Assembly (NCBI RefSeq): GCF_006345805.1
Contig: NC_043005.1
Location: forward strand, 12,710,001 to 12,774,000
Direction: 5' to 3'
Source: Octopus sinensis
Taxonomy: Eukaryota
DNA length: 64,000 nucleotides
Part shown: piece after piece, positions 49,279 to 63,186 of the stretch
Position numbering within the stretch: the stretch's first letter is position 1
Layout of the letters: every line of letters begins with the position of its first letter
Program-made: the position numbers and the translations under genes
Notes under the pieces: model-generated
The model's input: only the letters and a program-made list of their open reading frames with translations
Databases searched by the model: none
Told to the model about the DNA's origin: nothing

Positions 49279-51169
49279 ATATGGTCGATTTGTGTGTTTT
49301 GTTGCCGAAATAAGGGAGAGGCTCGAATCCCAGCGTGGCAATGCCTACGGTGTAATGGTTTTTAACGGATACCCGACCATAAAATAGTTTGAAGGAGATT
49401 ATTTACCACAATAACAGGAATGTGTTTTGTTACTGATTTGGGGATGACTATTACAAACATGAACATATCTTGATAGTAGGACTTAGCAGAAAACACGACG
49501 ATATTGTTCCTTAATAAAAACAATGCGAGATAATACATGCAGCTTTGCAAAGTGTTTCCAACGTGCTGCCATACCGTTTAGATGAAACGAATACTAAATT
49601 CAATAAATCAATTACGACCGTAACCAAAGCTATTAAACGGACTATTGGTATGACAGCAAAGTTATTTCATGTGGAAGGAGTTAAACGGAATTAATCATAG
49701 GTTACATGACTAGAATCACAGTAGTGTCAATTCTCAGAACGCCGTCACGTCTTCCCAAATTTATCGAGATTATGCCAGCGTTTTTACAAAAACTAAAACA
49801 CTAAAAAAATATTGAAAATTTCTTATTAGAGATTACAGCTTGTAAGGGAAAGAATAATTGCAGGGAGAATTTCAGAGCAGCCGATTGTCAGAAGAACAAT
49901 TAGAATGTGTAGATATAGAAAAAAGGAATTAGAGTTTCATAGGGAATTCGTATTCTTTTAAAGCTTATGACGATAACTACAGGTTGTAAACTGTTTAACA
50001 TTTGAGGAATTATAAATAAACAAGCAGCGGTTAGATAAATTACTATTAGGAAAAAAATTATGCTAAGAAAAACTAGCTTCAGAAAATATAACGTTTAAAT
50101 GCTGCAAATTAATGAGTAACATTTTGTTTATTGAAGGTGAAAATGATCTCTAGCGCAAAATGAATGTTACAAAGCAGTCAAGTGATTTGAGAACAAATAA
50201 TTTATTGTGAGCGCATAATGGAGGGAATATCAGATCAGGTTTATTACGGATGGATAGAAGAGCTTAGAAGTTGGAAACAAATGAAAATTCTCGAATGCGG
50301 TAGAGACTCCTTAGAAACGGAAATCTTGATCTGTATAAGATTTTGGTGAGTGAAAGTAAGCTCTGCTTGAAAATCAATGAGCATCGTAACACTGTATCGT
50401 TATACTTAATCCCATACCAGACTGGAATGGTTAGTTTTTTTTTTTGTTTTGTTTTTTTATAGTGGAAAACGCGAATATAAAGGATAAATAATTATAGATC
50501 ATCCTTTTGCTGAAGCTGTTCAAATGATGTTTTTTCTTTTCTTATAAGTTAAAAAGGGATTTCAGGGATCATGGTAATCACGATGTTATATGGGAAAGAG
50601 TTACACGATACTTCGTATTGAAAGCCAACTGTTGCTAATTGTTAATCCTATAAAATTGTTATACATAATGAAGTTTAAATCTACTGATCAAAGGTTTTAT
50701 GTGAAAACTTTATTTAACTAGTAAAAAAAAAGTCATTTGTTGTCACATCAATGGTTAATATGGGCAAAAAAGAGATCAGATGTACTAAAGCATGATGGAT
50801 AGAGCGAAGTGTTTCTTGAGATATTTCAAAGGGATTTCTGCTTGAGAAGGGTTTAGGCTCTGGTAAGGTATTATTTCAGCAAAAACGGATTATTGTTCTC
50901 TTTGAAGGAAAAATTGGTTTTTGAGCATGGAAGCTCCTTATAAAGAAAGTGTATTCCGAGGACACACATTTTGTCATTGATAACTCTTGATAGAAATTCA
51001 AACCAGTTTAGATACTTGGCCAGTGATTTTACAGGATGGGCATAGATGTTATAACATCAAGATGCTATCCAGATTAAGAAAATATAATGGAATAAACCAA
51101 AGACAGAGACTTGCTACACGTAAATAATTGAATAGTTTAATACTGAAGAATATGTATACACACACACAC

Positions 51170-51215
<46 letters not shown>

Positions 51216-51296
51216 TCAGTATTAAATTATTTGCACACATATATAAACTAATGTATGTATGTATGTGTGTATGTATGTATATATATATATATAAAG

Positions 51297-51345
<49 letters not shown>

Positions 51346-51604
51346 CAACTAATAAGGGTGAGAAAATTGGATACTAATTTAATAGTATCATCAATTTAAC
51401 ACCAAGTGGCTTAGTGCATAAAAACACGGAATACAATAAATTGTATATGTAAATATAAGAATTAATCTGCATTTTTGTTATTTTTATTTGCCCTGTTTGT
51501 TTACGCTAATAGTTGTGCTAACATTCATCGGAAACAATTCTTCGTGGCTGAAACCCTAGCGGATCTATTTTTAGTGCTAGAGTAGACCACATAGTGGTCA
51601 CTCT

Positions 51605-51671
<67 letters not shown>

Positions 51672-52365
51672 TTTTTTATATATAAAAATACAAAAATGGG
51701 ACAAGGACGCAAAACATCCAGACAGTTAGGTTATAAAAAAAAGGGACAACAAAACATCCAGACAGACGATACAAAGAAAATAAGGACGGGTCATTCGGAG
51801 TTCTCTATTCTCAGTCGAGTTCCAGATCAATTTTGCAATTCCTGCTGGTTATACTCAAGATTGCTCCAATCTGGCCAGCCCCAAGAAAAATCTATGCTAA
51901 GAGCATTAGATTCCTTGGAAGAAAACAGCGAAGGTATAGGAAAACAAGGACAGGAAAAACGGAGAATGTTATACAAATGCAAATAACAGGGCATAACAAC
52001 AGGTGTCTTTCGACTAAGGACGATTTAAATTAAGCTGGCGTGTGTAGCAGTAAAGCCTTACGGCAGGGACATAAGATTAGATAGGAACAGGGGAAAATAT
52101 AGATGTTGCACAGATAGTAGTCGAACCAAGAAAGAAAGGGCAGACTTGGCTGAACAACGGTCACGTGGGGAGAGATGAGAGAGAGGCAGAGGCAGATGTG
52201 TGTGTGTATAAATATATATATATATATATACCTATGAGTGGGTGTGAGTATGTGTGTGTCACTCAATTGTAATCACAATTAAAATGTAATCCAGCAAAAT
52301 TATAATTTAACATGAAATCAATATCTGATCAGGTGGGTAGACATTAGAGAAATTCCATATACATA

Positions 52366-52824
52366 AGGCGGAATTTGAACTCGGAACGTAGCGGTAGACG
52401 AAATACCTATCTCTTTACTACCCACAAGGGACTAAGCACAGAGAGGACAAACAAGGACAGACAAACGAGTTAAGTCGATTATATCGACCCCAGTGGGTAA
52501 CTGGTACTTAATTTATCGACCCCGAAAGGATGAAAGGCAAAGTCGACACCGGCGGAATTTGAACTCAGAACGTAACGGCAGACGAAATACCTATTTCTTT
52601 ACTACCCACAAGGGACTAAACACAGAAAGGACAAACAAAGACAGACAAACGGGTTAAGTCGATTATATCGACCCCAATGGGTAACTGGTACTTAATATAC
52701 CGACAACGAAACGATGAAAGGCAAAGTCGACCTCGGCGGAATTTGAACTCAGAACGTAACGACAAACGAAATACCACTAAGCATTTCGCCCGGCGTGCTA
52801 GCATTTCTGCCAGCTCGCTGCCTC
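52366..52824 (-). mobile_element. Multimeric SINE S2 (head plus about 2.2 units)
   Basis: Units joined by AAAGAAATA|GGTATTTCGTC. Confidence 0.88.
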
Positions 52825-54352
52825 GTCAAAAGCGTATATTATAAATAGAAAGTCGTACTCACTCAACTGAGTTTGAGACAGGAACTTATTTTATTAGTAT
52901 AGCACCATTACGGACTGTCGAGCATAGTATATGATTTTATAAAAACTGTAGCATATTTCGATAATTAAATTTTTGAGGTGAATGGTATAAATAGTAAGAC
53001 AATTCCCTTGAGAAGATTAATAGCAAGACAGTGTTTCGTTTGCTTTTAATACAAATTTCTCTGGCAAAATAATAAATATTGGTTTCTTTACATTCAGCAC
53101 AAAGATTGACCTGCTATTTAGCAGAGGCATAAATAGGGATATTGCAATGTGTATACATTATCCAAAGTTATGATTGGTTTCTATGTGAACTGACATTGTT
53201 TTAGCCAGAGATTGAAATCACAGTTCCATCGTGTCAGATAATTACCAACCGCTTTGTTGCATTCGCAAAAATAGAAATTGATACAGAAAGAAAGAATTTA
53301 AGAATTGCTCTTAATTTTAATTTACAATTTGTTCATCTGTAGGGCTTCTCATAGGACCACAATCATTTGTAACCTCTTTCTAATGTTATAATTGAGATTC
53401 AATATACAGTTTTAGTTATCCATTACTCAAGTTCCTCTTCTGATAATATTTTAATTTGCATTTCAATCTGGTAGAATAAACGAAAGTTACCAATTCATTG
53501 ATAGGAATCCTTTCTTTGTTACGTTTTCCTAATTGATACACCTGAAACAGTTCGCAGAGTATATGACTTTTGACATAGAAAAGAAAACCTAGAAACTCTT
53601 CATTTGAATAACCATTGTGGGAATTCTTAGAGACAGTATCCTTCTATGCAGAAAATTATATGATGAAAGGTTATATACAACCATGCAGGGTTGTACGAAG
53701 ATTTCAGATGTAGGAATCAGGAGAAACTTATATGATAAGTCAGAATTGCAGGAATCAAAGGATCAGATACGAATATAGCATGAAAGGGAATGTAAAAGAA
53801 GCCATATTCGAACTAAAAGTTTTAGAGTTTGGAAACTGAAAGATGAAATCAACGCTGAAAGACAGAATCAAGTTTTGTGTTATATTTGGAGAGGAAGGCA
53901 ACCATTCTGTTTTTCAGACCAGGCATAATTATGATGAATCAGTGTTTATATCTTCCTCAGAGTCACGAGTGTTCTATGTGAATCAAATTTGTTTTAAAGA
54001 GAAGTCGAAACCAAGTTGAGCAAAATGCGCCTTAAAAGCTACACATATTTTCATAGAATCAAGGAGTACTCTCTCATCCCAGTTCCTCAGATAGAAAACT
54101 GTAATTTTCTTATTCCATTGCTCCCCTACCAAAAGGTCCTAGAATGGTTACCCTTATTTCGTGCTTTAGAAAGTGTATTTTAACTATTACAAGCCAGCCT
54201 TCATATTTCGGCCCTACTTCCTTCCCTAATTATTGTTTCTAATTTGTTCATTACCTTCCCACTCTACTGTATTTTTCTTAATCCTTATTTACTAAACATT
54301 ATCGACCATTCAGAGCACCCCACTAGTGGCTATCGACAATATTCTGGTCATC

Positions 54353-54755
54353 AAGACGGCGAGCTGGCAGAAACGTTAGCACGCGGGGCGAAATGCGTAG
54401 CCGTATTTCGTCTGCCGTTACGTTCTGAGTTCAAATTCCGCCGAGGTCGACTTTGCCTTTCATCCTTTCGGGGTCGATTAAATAAGTACCAGTTACGCAC
54501 TGGGGTCGGTGTAATCGACTTAATCCGTTTTTCTGTCCTTGTTTGTCCCCTCTATGTTTAGCCCCTTGTGGGTAGTAAAGAAATAGGTATTTCGTCTGTC
54601 TTTATGTTCTGAGTTCAAATTCCGCCGGTGTCGACTTTGCCTTTCATCATTTCGGGGTCGATAAATTAAGTACCAGTTACGTATTGCGATCGATCTAATC
54701 GACTAGTTCACCTCCCAAAAAATTTCTGGCCTTGAGCCTAGAGTAGAAAAGAACA
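54353..54755 (+). mobile_element. Composite SINE S2: tail-B unit joined to a headless tail-A unit
   Basis: Junction AAAGAAATA|GGTATTTCGTC at ~54580-54597. Confidence 0.85.
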
Positions 54756-55354
54756 TTCTGCTCAACAGCTACCTAAATAATTCATTATTCCGGACGCTGT
54801 AGGCATCTTGCGAGTAAAGAAGTATGAAGACTACAGTAGAGGGTTACTTTTTATGAGTTATTTCTTACTCGATAGTTGAGAACACACTTTGTGGGTTCTG
54901 TTAGCGATGGGTTGGAATTGTTGATACCTTAACATCGACCTAACAAGTACTTTATCACCAGATGGTGGATGTTTTTTGTCGATATCAGCGCATTTGGGAA
55001 AACCAGTGGGTATCTGTTATTTGGAAATGTGCAAAACGTTTTTATAAAACCTCTCATATTAACATATCCACACAGTTGAAACATGCGTTTAAAATGCCAT
55101 TTCAGTCTCCCACTGGCGCTAAAGAGCCGGACGTTTTCAAGCATCGTTGTTGGCGCTTGAAGGCATCCAATCGCCAGTCCCGGATGAAGCATAGTGGGCC
55201 ACTAGTCTAAAATCGCTGCCCATTTCCAGAGACTTACCCCCTCGACCTCAGTATATCGTTTGTACTTCGAGGCCCAAACGATTTGGGAAACAACACGACC
55301 ATCCTGCAGCCTGAGCTTAGGAGATACGTACAAATCCTAATTATTGAAGATTAG

Positions 55355-55690
55355 CCTCCTTACGAGAGCTCAAAATCTCTCGTGGAAGCGCCATCCAACC
55401 AAAACGCAAATATATGGGAAACTACCACCTGTGTCATCTCTTGTGAAAGGTAGAGAGTCCAGTTTGCTGGACATTGTTGTAGAGCTGAAAAAGAAGTAAT
55501 TTCTACTCTTCTCCTCTGGAAGCCATCTACTCGCAATACCAGAGGACACACACTCTCCTACCCTGATGTAATCTCCAGGGATACAGGCATCCAGCAACAG
55601 GACCTCCGTAATGCCATGATGGACCGTGAAGTCTGGCGTAGCATGGTAAATTCCATTGTCTCGACCACGGTCGAACAATGATGATGATGA
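55355..55690 (+). mobile_element. RTE-clade LINE 3' end
   Basis: Manual translation LLTRAQNLSWKRHPT..RVQFAGHCCRAEKEVISTLLLW..AMMDREVWRSMV..VEQ* followed by a (TGA)n tail. Confidence 0.85.
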
Positions 55691-55699
55691 AGAGCTTTA

Positions 55700-57140
55700 A
55701 TATCGCACCTGTCACGGGAGCTACGGTCTCACTGATGACTACAATATTCATATCAACTAACCTGCAGTCATTGGGCAATTTACCTTTTTTCCGAATTGAT
55801 CCCTGCTTGCCTGCTACTACAATGATACGCTCTTTCAACTCTCCTATTACTGTCCCAAATCCTTTCTATTTGACTAAGTATCTTTTCTGGAGGGAAGATT
55901 TGCATCTTGAGCTTCCTAATTTGTTTGTTTTCCAGGCTTCTATTCTACTGTCTTCAACTTTTGTCATTTCCTTTCCACATTTGCTCTTTTTTCATCTTTC
56001 TTTGTGAGATATCTAATCTTTCTCCTGACTTCTATCCCTCCTGCATAGATAAATAAGTTAACATCTTCTATATTTTTACTATCTATCCTACTGATAACAG
56101 AATCTACTTTCCTAGATATTTCTAGCAGTTTCTTTCTATTAGTAGTGCCTCTTACTGCTGGCAATCTATTTCCTGCAACTCCTCTAAAATCTTCTGATCT
56201 TCCTCACTTAAACCACTTAAGTCGTTGGTGCTAGTTGTCCCTTTCTTATTGGTAGTTCAATTATTATTATTTTTTTTTCTTTAGGTTCTTCTTTGGTTTG
56301 AGCTGTATCTCTTTTGCAGTTGTTTGCCTTTCCTACTGCCTGATCTTTCTTCTCCAGTTCTCTTGTCATCTCTTCTGCTTCCAATTTTCTGTCGTCTACT
56401 TTCTTCTCCTAATAGCATTACCTTGATCAACTAATCCCTGCTCAATCACTTTAAACATACTCAAAGTGTGAACATCCGTTTTCTATACACTCCCTCTTTT
56501 ACTCTTTTACTTGTTTCAGTCATTTGACTGCGGCCATGCTGGAGCACCGCCTTTGATCGAGCAACTCGACCCTGGGACTTATTCTTTTGTATGCCCAGTA
56601 CTTATTCTATCGGTCTGTTTTGCCGAACCGCTAAGTAACGGGGACGTAAACACACTAGCATCGGTTGTCAAGCAATGCTAGGGGGACAAACACTGACACA
56701 CAAACACACACACATACACATATATATATATATATATACATATATACGACAGGCTTCTTTCAGTTTCCGTCTACCAAATCCACTCACAATGCATTGGTCG
56801 GCCTGGGACTATAGCAGAAGACACTTGCCCAAGGTGCCACGCAGTGGGACTGAACCCGGAACCATGTGGTTGGTATGCAAGCTACTTACCACACAGCCAC
56901 TCCTGCGCCTTCGTTTTTCTAAGTAGCACTGCATCACTATCCTCTATCCTGTTTTCTTCGCTGGTCCACTTCCTCATCCTTATTCTATTGTTTGCTGATG
57001 ATGTATTAGGATAACAGCTGCGTTCAGTCTGCATCTTCACTGAACCACTGCCGAACGAGAGGCCTTCTCTCAAAGGTCCAGCTTCATTTTCGCCACTACA
57101 ACCAGAGTTTCTTAGGAAATTCCTCTCTCATAAACTGACG
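55700..57140 (-). mobile_element. Decayed R4-clade 5' portion (Myb and pre-RT region), interrupted by a SINE
   Basis: RKWTSEENRI Myb-like motif (~56990); PAVRG..RKKLLEISRKVDSV..NLFIYAG (55964-56164) resembles the pre-RT region of copy B; 5' side abuts (TAA)n at 57166. Confidence 0.7.
56495..56910 (-). mobile_element. SINE S1 inside the decayed R4 5' region
   Basis: Full-length reverse copy. Confidence 0.9.
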
Positions 57141-57165
57141 TAAAGTAACGTTCCTCTCGATCGTT

Positions 57166-57167
57166 AC

Positions 57168-57237
<70 letters not shown>

Positions 57238-57289
57238 AGTAGTTGTAGTAGTAGTTGTAGCAGTAGTAGTAGTGGTGGTGGTGATGGTG

Positions 57290-57352
<63 letters not shown>

Positions 57353-57390
57353 TTATTGTTATGAAGAAGAAGAAGAAGAAGAAGAAGAAA
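57166..57390. repeat. (TAT)n(TGT)n(TAG)n(TGG)n(GAA)n compound microsatellite
   Basis: Visible periodicity. Confidence 0.95.
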
Positions 57391-57711
57391 AGCTTCTAAT
57401 TTGGCAAAAGGTTAACCAATTTTGAGAGTAGAGTCGTTCACGATAACATCTACTTCAGTAGTTTGACCTACAATTTTATTATCGACCTCATAAGATTGAA
57501 GTGACCGCAAAGAGCCGGAACATATGCTGGAAGTCTTTTTGTCCGAATTACTAAATATTCTGTGAAATAATAATGAGCGTTAACCCAAGGCGAGACTACA
57601 AACACTGATGGTATATCTGAGAATCCCATTATTTTAAGAGTATCGTTGATTTTGTTAAAAACACAAGAATAAAATGGCACCAATTTGCTGATGGCCCTAC
57701 AATGCAAATAT

Positions 57712-58680
57712 CTATTTATTTACTACCCACAAGGAGCTAAACACAGAGAGAACAAACAAGGACAGACAAACGTAACGGGTACTTAATTTATCAACCCCGA
57801 AAGGATGAAAGGCAAAGTCAACCTCGGCGGAATTTGCACTCAGAGCGTAAAGACACACGAAATAGCTATTTCTTTACTACCCACAAGGGGCTAAACACAG
57901 GGGAGACAAACAAGGACAGACAAACGGATTAAGTCGATTATATCGATACCAGTGCGTAACTGGTACTTAATTTATCGACCCCGAAAGTATGAAAAGCAAA
58001 GTCGACCTCGGCGGAATTTGAACTCAGAAGGTAACGGCAGACGAAGTACCTATTTCTTTACTACCCACAAGGGGGTAAACACAGAGGGGGACAAATAAGC
58101 ACAGACAAACGGATTAAGTCGATTACATCGAACCCAGTGCGTAACTGGTACTTATTTAATCGACCCCGAAAGGATGAAAGGCAAAGTCGACCTCGGCGGA
58201 ATTTGAAGTCAGAACGTAACGGCAGACGAAATACCGTAAGGCATTTCGCCCGACGAAGTACCTATTTCTTTACTACCCACAAGGGGGTAAGCATAGAGGG
58301 GGACAAACAAGCACAGACAAACGGATTAAGTCGATTACATCGACCCAGTGCGACACTGGTACTTATTTAATCGACCCCGAAAGGAGGAAAGGCAAAGTCG
58401 ACCTCGGCGGAATTTGAACTCAGAACGTAACGACAGAGGAAATACCTATTTCTTTAGTACCCACAAGGGGGTAAACATAGAGGGGGACAAACAAGGACAG
58501 ACATAGGTATTAAGTCGATTACATTGACCCCCAGTGCGCAACTGGTACTTAATTTATCGACCCCGAAAGGATGAAAGGCAAAGTCGACCTCGGCGGAATT
58601 TGAAGTCAGAACGTAACGGCAGACGAAATACCGTAAGGCATTTCGCCCGGCGTGCTTAAAATTCTGCCAGCTCGTCGCCT
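57712..58680 (-). mobile_element. Five-unit tandem SINE S2 array (about 190-230 bp units)
   Basis: One full head at 58680, then four headless or partly headed units sharing the same junction. Confidence 0.9.
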
Positions 58681-58912
58681 TTAGCCAGATATATAAATAT
58701 CTATAACTAAATACTCTGAAGAATCTATTCTAGCACGCAACTGATTTTAGCATAGAACCGTTCTTAATGTTTGCGTGTTTGCTTGTATACATGCATTTAC
58801 GCACTTATACATGTGCACATGACACATAAAAATATAACTGTATGTATGTATATATTTGCATGTGTACATATGTGCGCTATCATTATATTAGGGAAGCTGT
58901 ATTGTCTGATTC

Positions 58913-59297
58913 GGAGGCGCAATGGCCCAGTGGTTAGGGCAGCGGACTCGCGGTCATAGGATCGCGGTTTCGATTCCCAGACCGGGCGTAGTGAGTGTTT
59001 ATTGAGCGAAAACACTTAAAGCTCCACGAGGCTCCGGCAGGGGATGGTGGTGATCCCTGCTGTACTCTTTCACCACAACTTTCTCTCACTCTTACTTCCT
59101 GTTTCTGTTGTACCTGTATTTCAAAGATCCGGCCTTGTCACTTTCTGTGTCACGCTGAATATCCCCGACAACTACGTTAAGGGTGCACGTGTCTGTGGAG
59201 TGCTCAGCCACTTACACGTTAATTTCACGAGCAGGCTGTTCCGTTGATTCGGATCAACCGGAACCCTCATCGTCGTAACTGACGGAGTGCTTCCCAC
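58913..59297 (+). mobile_element. tRNA-derived SINE S3
   Basis: GGAGGCGCAATGGCCCAGTGGTTAGG A box, GGTTTCGATTCCC B box, 385 bp, tail ..GACGGAGTGCTTCC. Confidence 0.9.
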
Positions 59298-60519
59298 CTA
59301 TGATCTGATTTATCTATATGTATTCATATGTATATTTGCATGTCTACAGGTCTGTATCTGCTCACTTTACATGCTTAAATGTCTGGAATGTTTAACATTT
59401 TTTCACAGCACCTATAAAAGTTTGTAACTGCAATTTCTATTTTCATATTAACCATGCTCTATAGTATGGCGATAACTATTAATTTCCAGTAACGCTGCCG
59501 TAATCTTCTTTAGAGAGACTTAGTAATTTTAATATTTCCATACATGCTCTATTTGTTTGTTATTTGTTAGTTTATTATATTGTCATCTCTTCAAGATTGG
59601 GTCTGAGACAATTAGTTACGTAACTAAACTAATAATCTAGTTGGAGAAAATGCAAATTTCTCATAGTTCAGTATATATGTTTTCCTTTCTTTTCTCTAAT
59701 CTTTTGCATTACATTTATATCTGCTGGGCAACTTATTTTCACAACAACACATAATTTCTTTCCTTGTCCTCAATTATTATGTCTGATTCCATTTGCTTGC
59801 AGTTTACTGAGATCTTCGTAGGAACATTTTCCAATTTCATTTCAGAAGTGATTATAACCTCTGTAAGTTTTTATATTTATAGCCACGGGATTATCTTTTC
59901 ATCTGTTGCACCATGTTATATTAAGATACTGACTTGAATGTATATAACGAGATCACAGCTGCTGATGATGTGGGTGATACTTTCAGTGCTAACGCCACAT
60001 AATCTGTTTCAGTTAAAGCACAAAATGGATTACCTACATATTTACTCCTTCCAACGATCAAGCATTTCATTACAAATTTTTCATCTTCGAACTAATGAAC
60101 TATATAAGAAAATTCTACTTTGTTTTACTGATCATCCCCTTAAACAAGGACAGGTAAAACAACATGGATGAGTCATAGCTTCAGAATACAAATATACACA
60201 ACTAGATACAATAACTAGATACGTTCTAGCGATTTTTGCACCTTACCGTTTTATCAAATAAGTATTTCTTACAAAGGTGGGGAGATAATAAATTCTGGAG
60301 AAAGAGAAAGCTAAAGAGTTCGTTTAATATTAAATTATCATTTCATTTTATCGATCGAGACCTAAACGGTGAATCACTTGTGCCTGCCACATCACGATTA
60401 GAACATAGTTTCCAAAGAGTTAACTACAAACCTAATAGATTTTCTCGGATACGCTACCGATACGGCTGTTAATCGTTCTTCTGATAATACTTTCTAACAC
60501 AGACCACAAATTTCTAACA

Positions 60520-60665
60520 CAAGGCCACAAATTATGGACGAAAATTTATGGTGGGTTATAAAAAAACAAAGTCTACCTCGGCGAGATTTAAACTCAGAAC
60601 ATAAAAGGACGTAATTAATTACTCCAACACATATCTTAGCAGAGGTCTAACGATTCTGCGATCAC
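60520..60665 (-). mobile_element. Decayed SINE S2 (tail A)
   Basis: GTCTACCTCGGCG..TTTAAACTCAGAAC core and CACAAGGCC tail remnant. Confidence 0.6.
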
Positions 60666-61249
60666 GCGTCGTGCCCTTGCCATAAAAATGCAAATAATAA
60701 CAGGTGATATTGTGACAAAAAACACCAACATCGTAGTACATAATTTTTGGTATATAAAAATATGATCGAATCAGATGCAATAGGTGAAAGCTGGATGTAT
60801 TGATATTTCATATCGATAGATTTTGGTAGGATATAAAATCAATAATCTTATGAGGCGAATACATGATCGTTCTGTATTTCTCCAGCAGTCTCTAACGTAC
60901 ACTTCATTTAGCTTCACTTCAAAAACCTACATCTCAAATGCTACACACAAACACACAAACATATTTACAATACATACATAATATATTAATATACTGGAAA
61001 CTTTCGCATAGGTAATATATTGAATTCAAATACTCAAAAGCTATACATTTATGTGTGTGTGTGTGTATGCATGTATATGCAAGGAGATAGTTATATGCAT
61101 ACACATGCGTATATACGCATATGTATAATATATATATATATATGTACACATAAATACGTATATAAATATATATGCGTACATATACACGCGTATAAATATG
61201 TATGTATATGTATATAAACATATACGTGTCTAAGTTAACTGTTTTTTAG

Positions 61250-61527
61250 CTTAAGTGTATGAATGTATATTTATGTATGTATATATGCATGCATGTATGT
61301 ATGCATGTATGTATGTATGTATGTATGTATGTATATATGTATGCATGTATGTATGCATGTATGTATGTATGTATGTATGTATGTATATATGTATGTATGT
61401 ATGTATGCATGTATGTATGTATGTATGTATGCATGTATGTATGCATGTATGTATGTATGTATGTATGTATGTATGTATGTATGCATGTATGTATGCATGT
61501 ATGTATGTATGTATGTATGTATGTATG

Positions 61528-61561
<34 letters not shown>

Positions 61562-61890
61562 TGCATGTATGTATGCATGTATGCATGTATGTATGTATGT
61601 ATGTTTGTATGTATGTATGTATGTATGCATGTATGCATGTATGTATGTATGTATGTTTGTATGTATGTATGTATGTATGTATGTATGTATGCATGTATGT
61701 ATGCATGTATGCATGTATGTATGTATGTATGTTTGTATGTATGTATGTATGTATGTATGTATGCATGTATGTATGTATGTATGTTTGTATGTATGTATGT
61801 ATGTATGTATGTATGTATGTATGTATATATGTATGTATGAATGCATGCATACATGTATGGATAGATGGATGGATGGATGGATGGATGGAT
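61250..61890. repeat. (TATG)n microsatellite with GCAT/TTTG variants
   Basis: Visible tetranucleotide periodicity; source of the spurious MYVC/HTYI ORFs. Confidence 0.97.
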
Positions 61891-62446
61891 GACTGTGTGC
61901 CTGCATATTACTTCCAGCTATGTGTACGTATATAGGCATTTATGCATAAAGTCATATATGTATATCTATGTTCCTACATGTATGTGCATGTGTATTTCTG
62001 TGTGCATGTGTGTCTACATGTTTATATGTTTCAGTTATATGTGTATTTATATATAGAGATAGATATATACATATATACATATATATATATATATTGATAT
62101 AGATATAGATATATATACATATATATACATATATATGTAGACATAGATATGCCTATATATGTATATATATATATACATACATACATACATACACACACAT
62201 ACAAACATACATACACACACACATACATACATACATACATACATATATAGAGAAACGCGCACACAGACACATGCACACATACATATATATACTTGTGTAT
62301 ATGCATGCATACACACACGTACACACATTCATACATACATATATATTTGTATATACATGCATACACATACACACACAGATATTTATTTATGTGTGTGTGT
62401 GTGTGAGTCCATATTAATATATATATATAATATATATATATATAAC

Positions 62447-62540
<94 letters not shown>

Positions 62541-63149
62541 TGTGTGTGTGTATGAGTGTATATATATGTGTGTGTATATATATATGCACACACACCCACA
62601 CACATATTTGCCCTTGTGACTCATGACAGTTGCTACATTTAACTTCAGCTGAATTGTTGAACATCAATATTCTCAACAGATTTGCAAAAACCTAGTGATA
62701 ATGTTTTTGTTTTTGTTTTTTGTTGTTTTTTTTCTGTATGTGTCTCTTGTGTTTTTTTCTTTTCATCTTTTATATTATTTGTATTTTTTTTTATTTTCCA
62801 GAAACTTCTGCTGCATATATAGCAAAATGAATTCATACTACTTTTCTGCACACATTTTATATATTTTCAGATTTGTCTTCCTTGAAAATCCCAGCAGAAA
62901 CTCATTAAAGACTCGCCAGAAACATTTTTTTTTTTTTTTTTTTTTTTTTGCTGATTCTGTTAAAAGATCAATCAAGTTTTGAATCTAATTCTTTCTTTTT
63001 TTTTCTTTATATATTACTTGATTTTTCACATATATTTATCCGTATTTTTTTTCTATTTTTTTTTGGTATTTTTACATTTCATATGAAGTGATATTCTTTC
63101 TTGCAAGTTTCTCATATTTAGCATTTCCTCGACTTTTTTTCTCCCCTTG

Positions 63150-63186
<37 letters not shown>

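Noticed and set aside
50100-51050. Penelope RT remnant (KNII..ASAKG*SIII on the minus strand)
   Set aside because: One loose motif; other RT motifs could not be recovered by eye.
54929-55210. Overlapping 82-87 aa ORFs as a host exon
   Set aside because: No recognisable motif or splice evidence.
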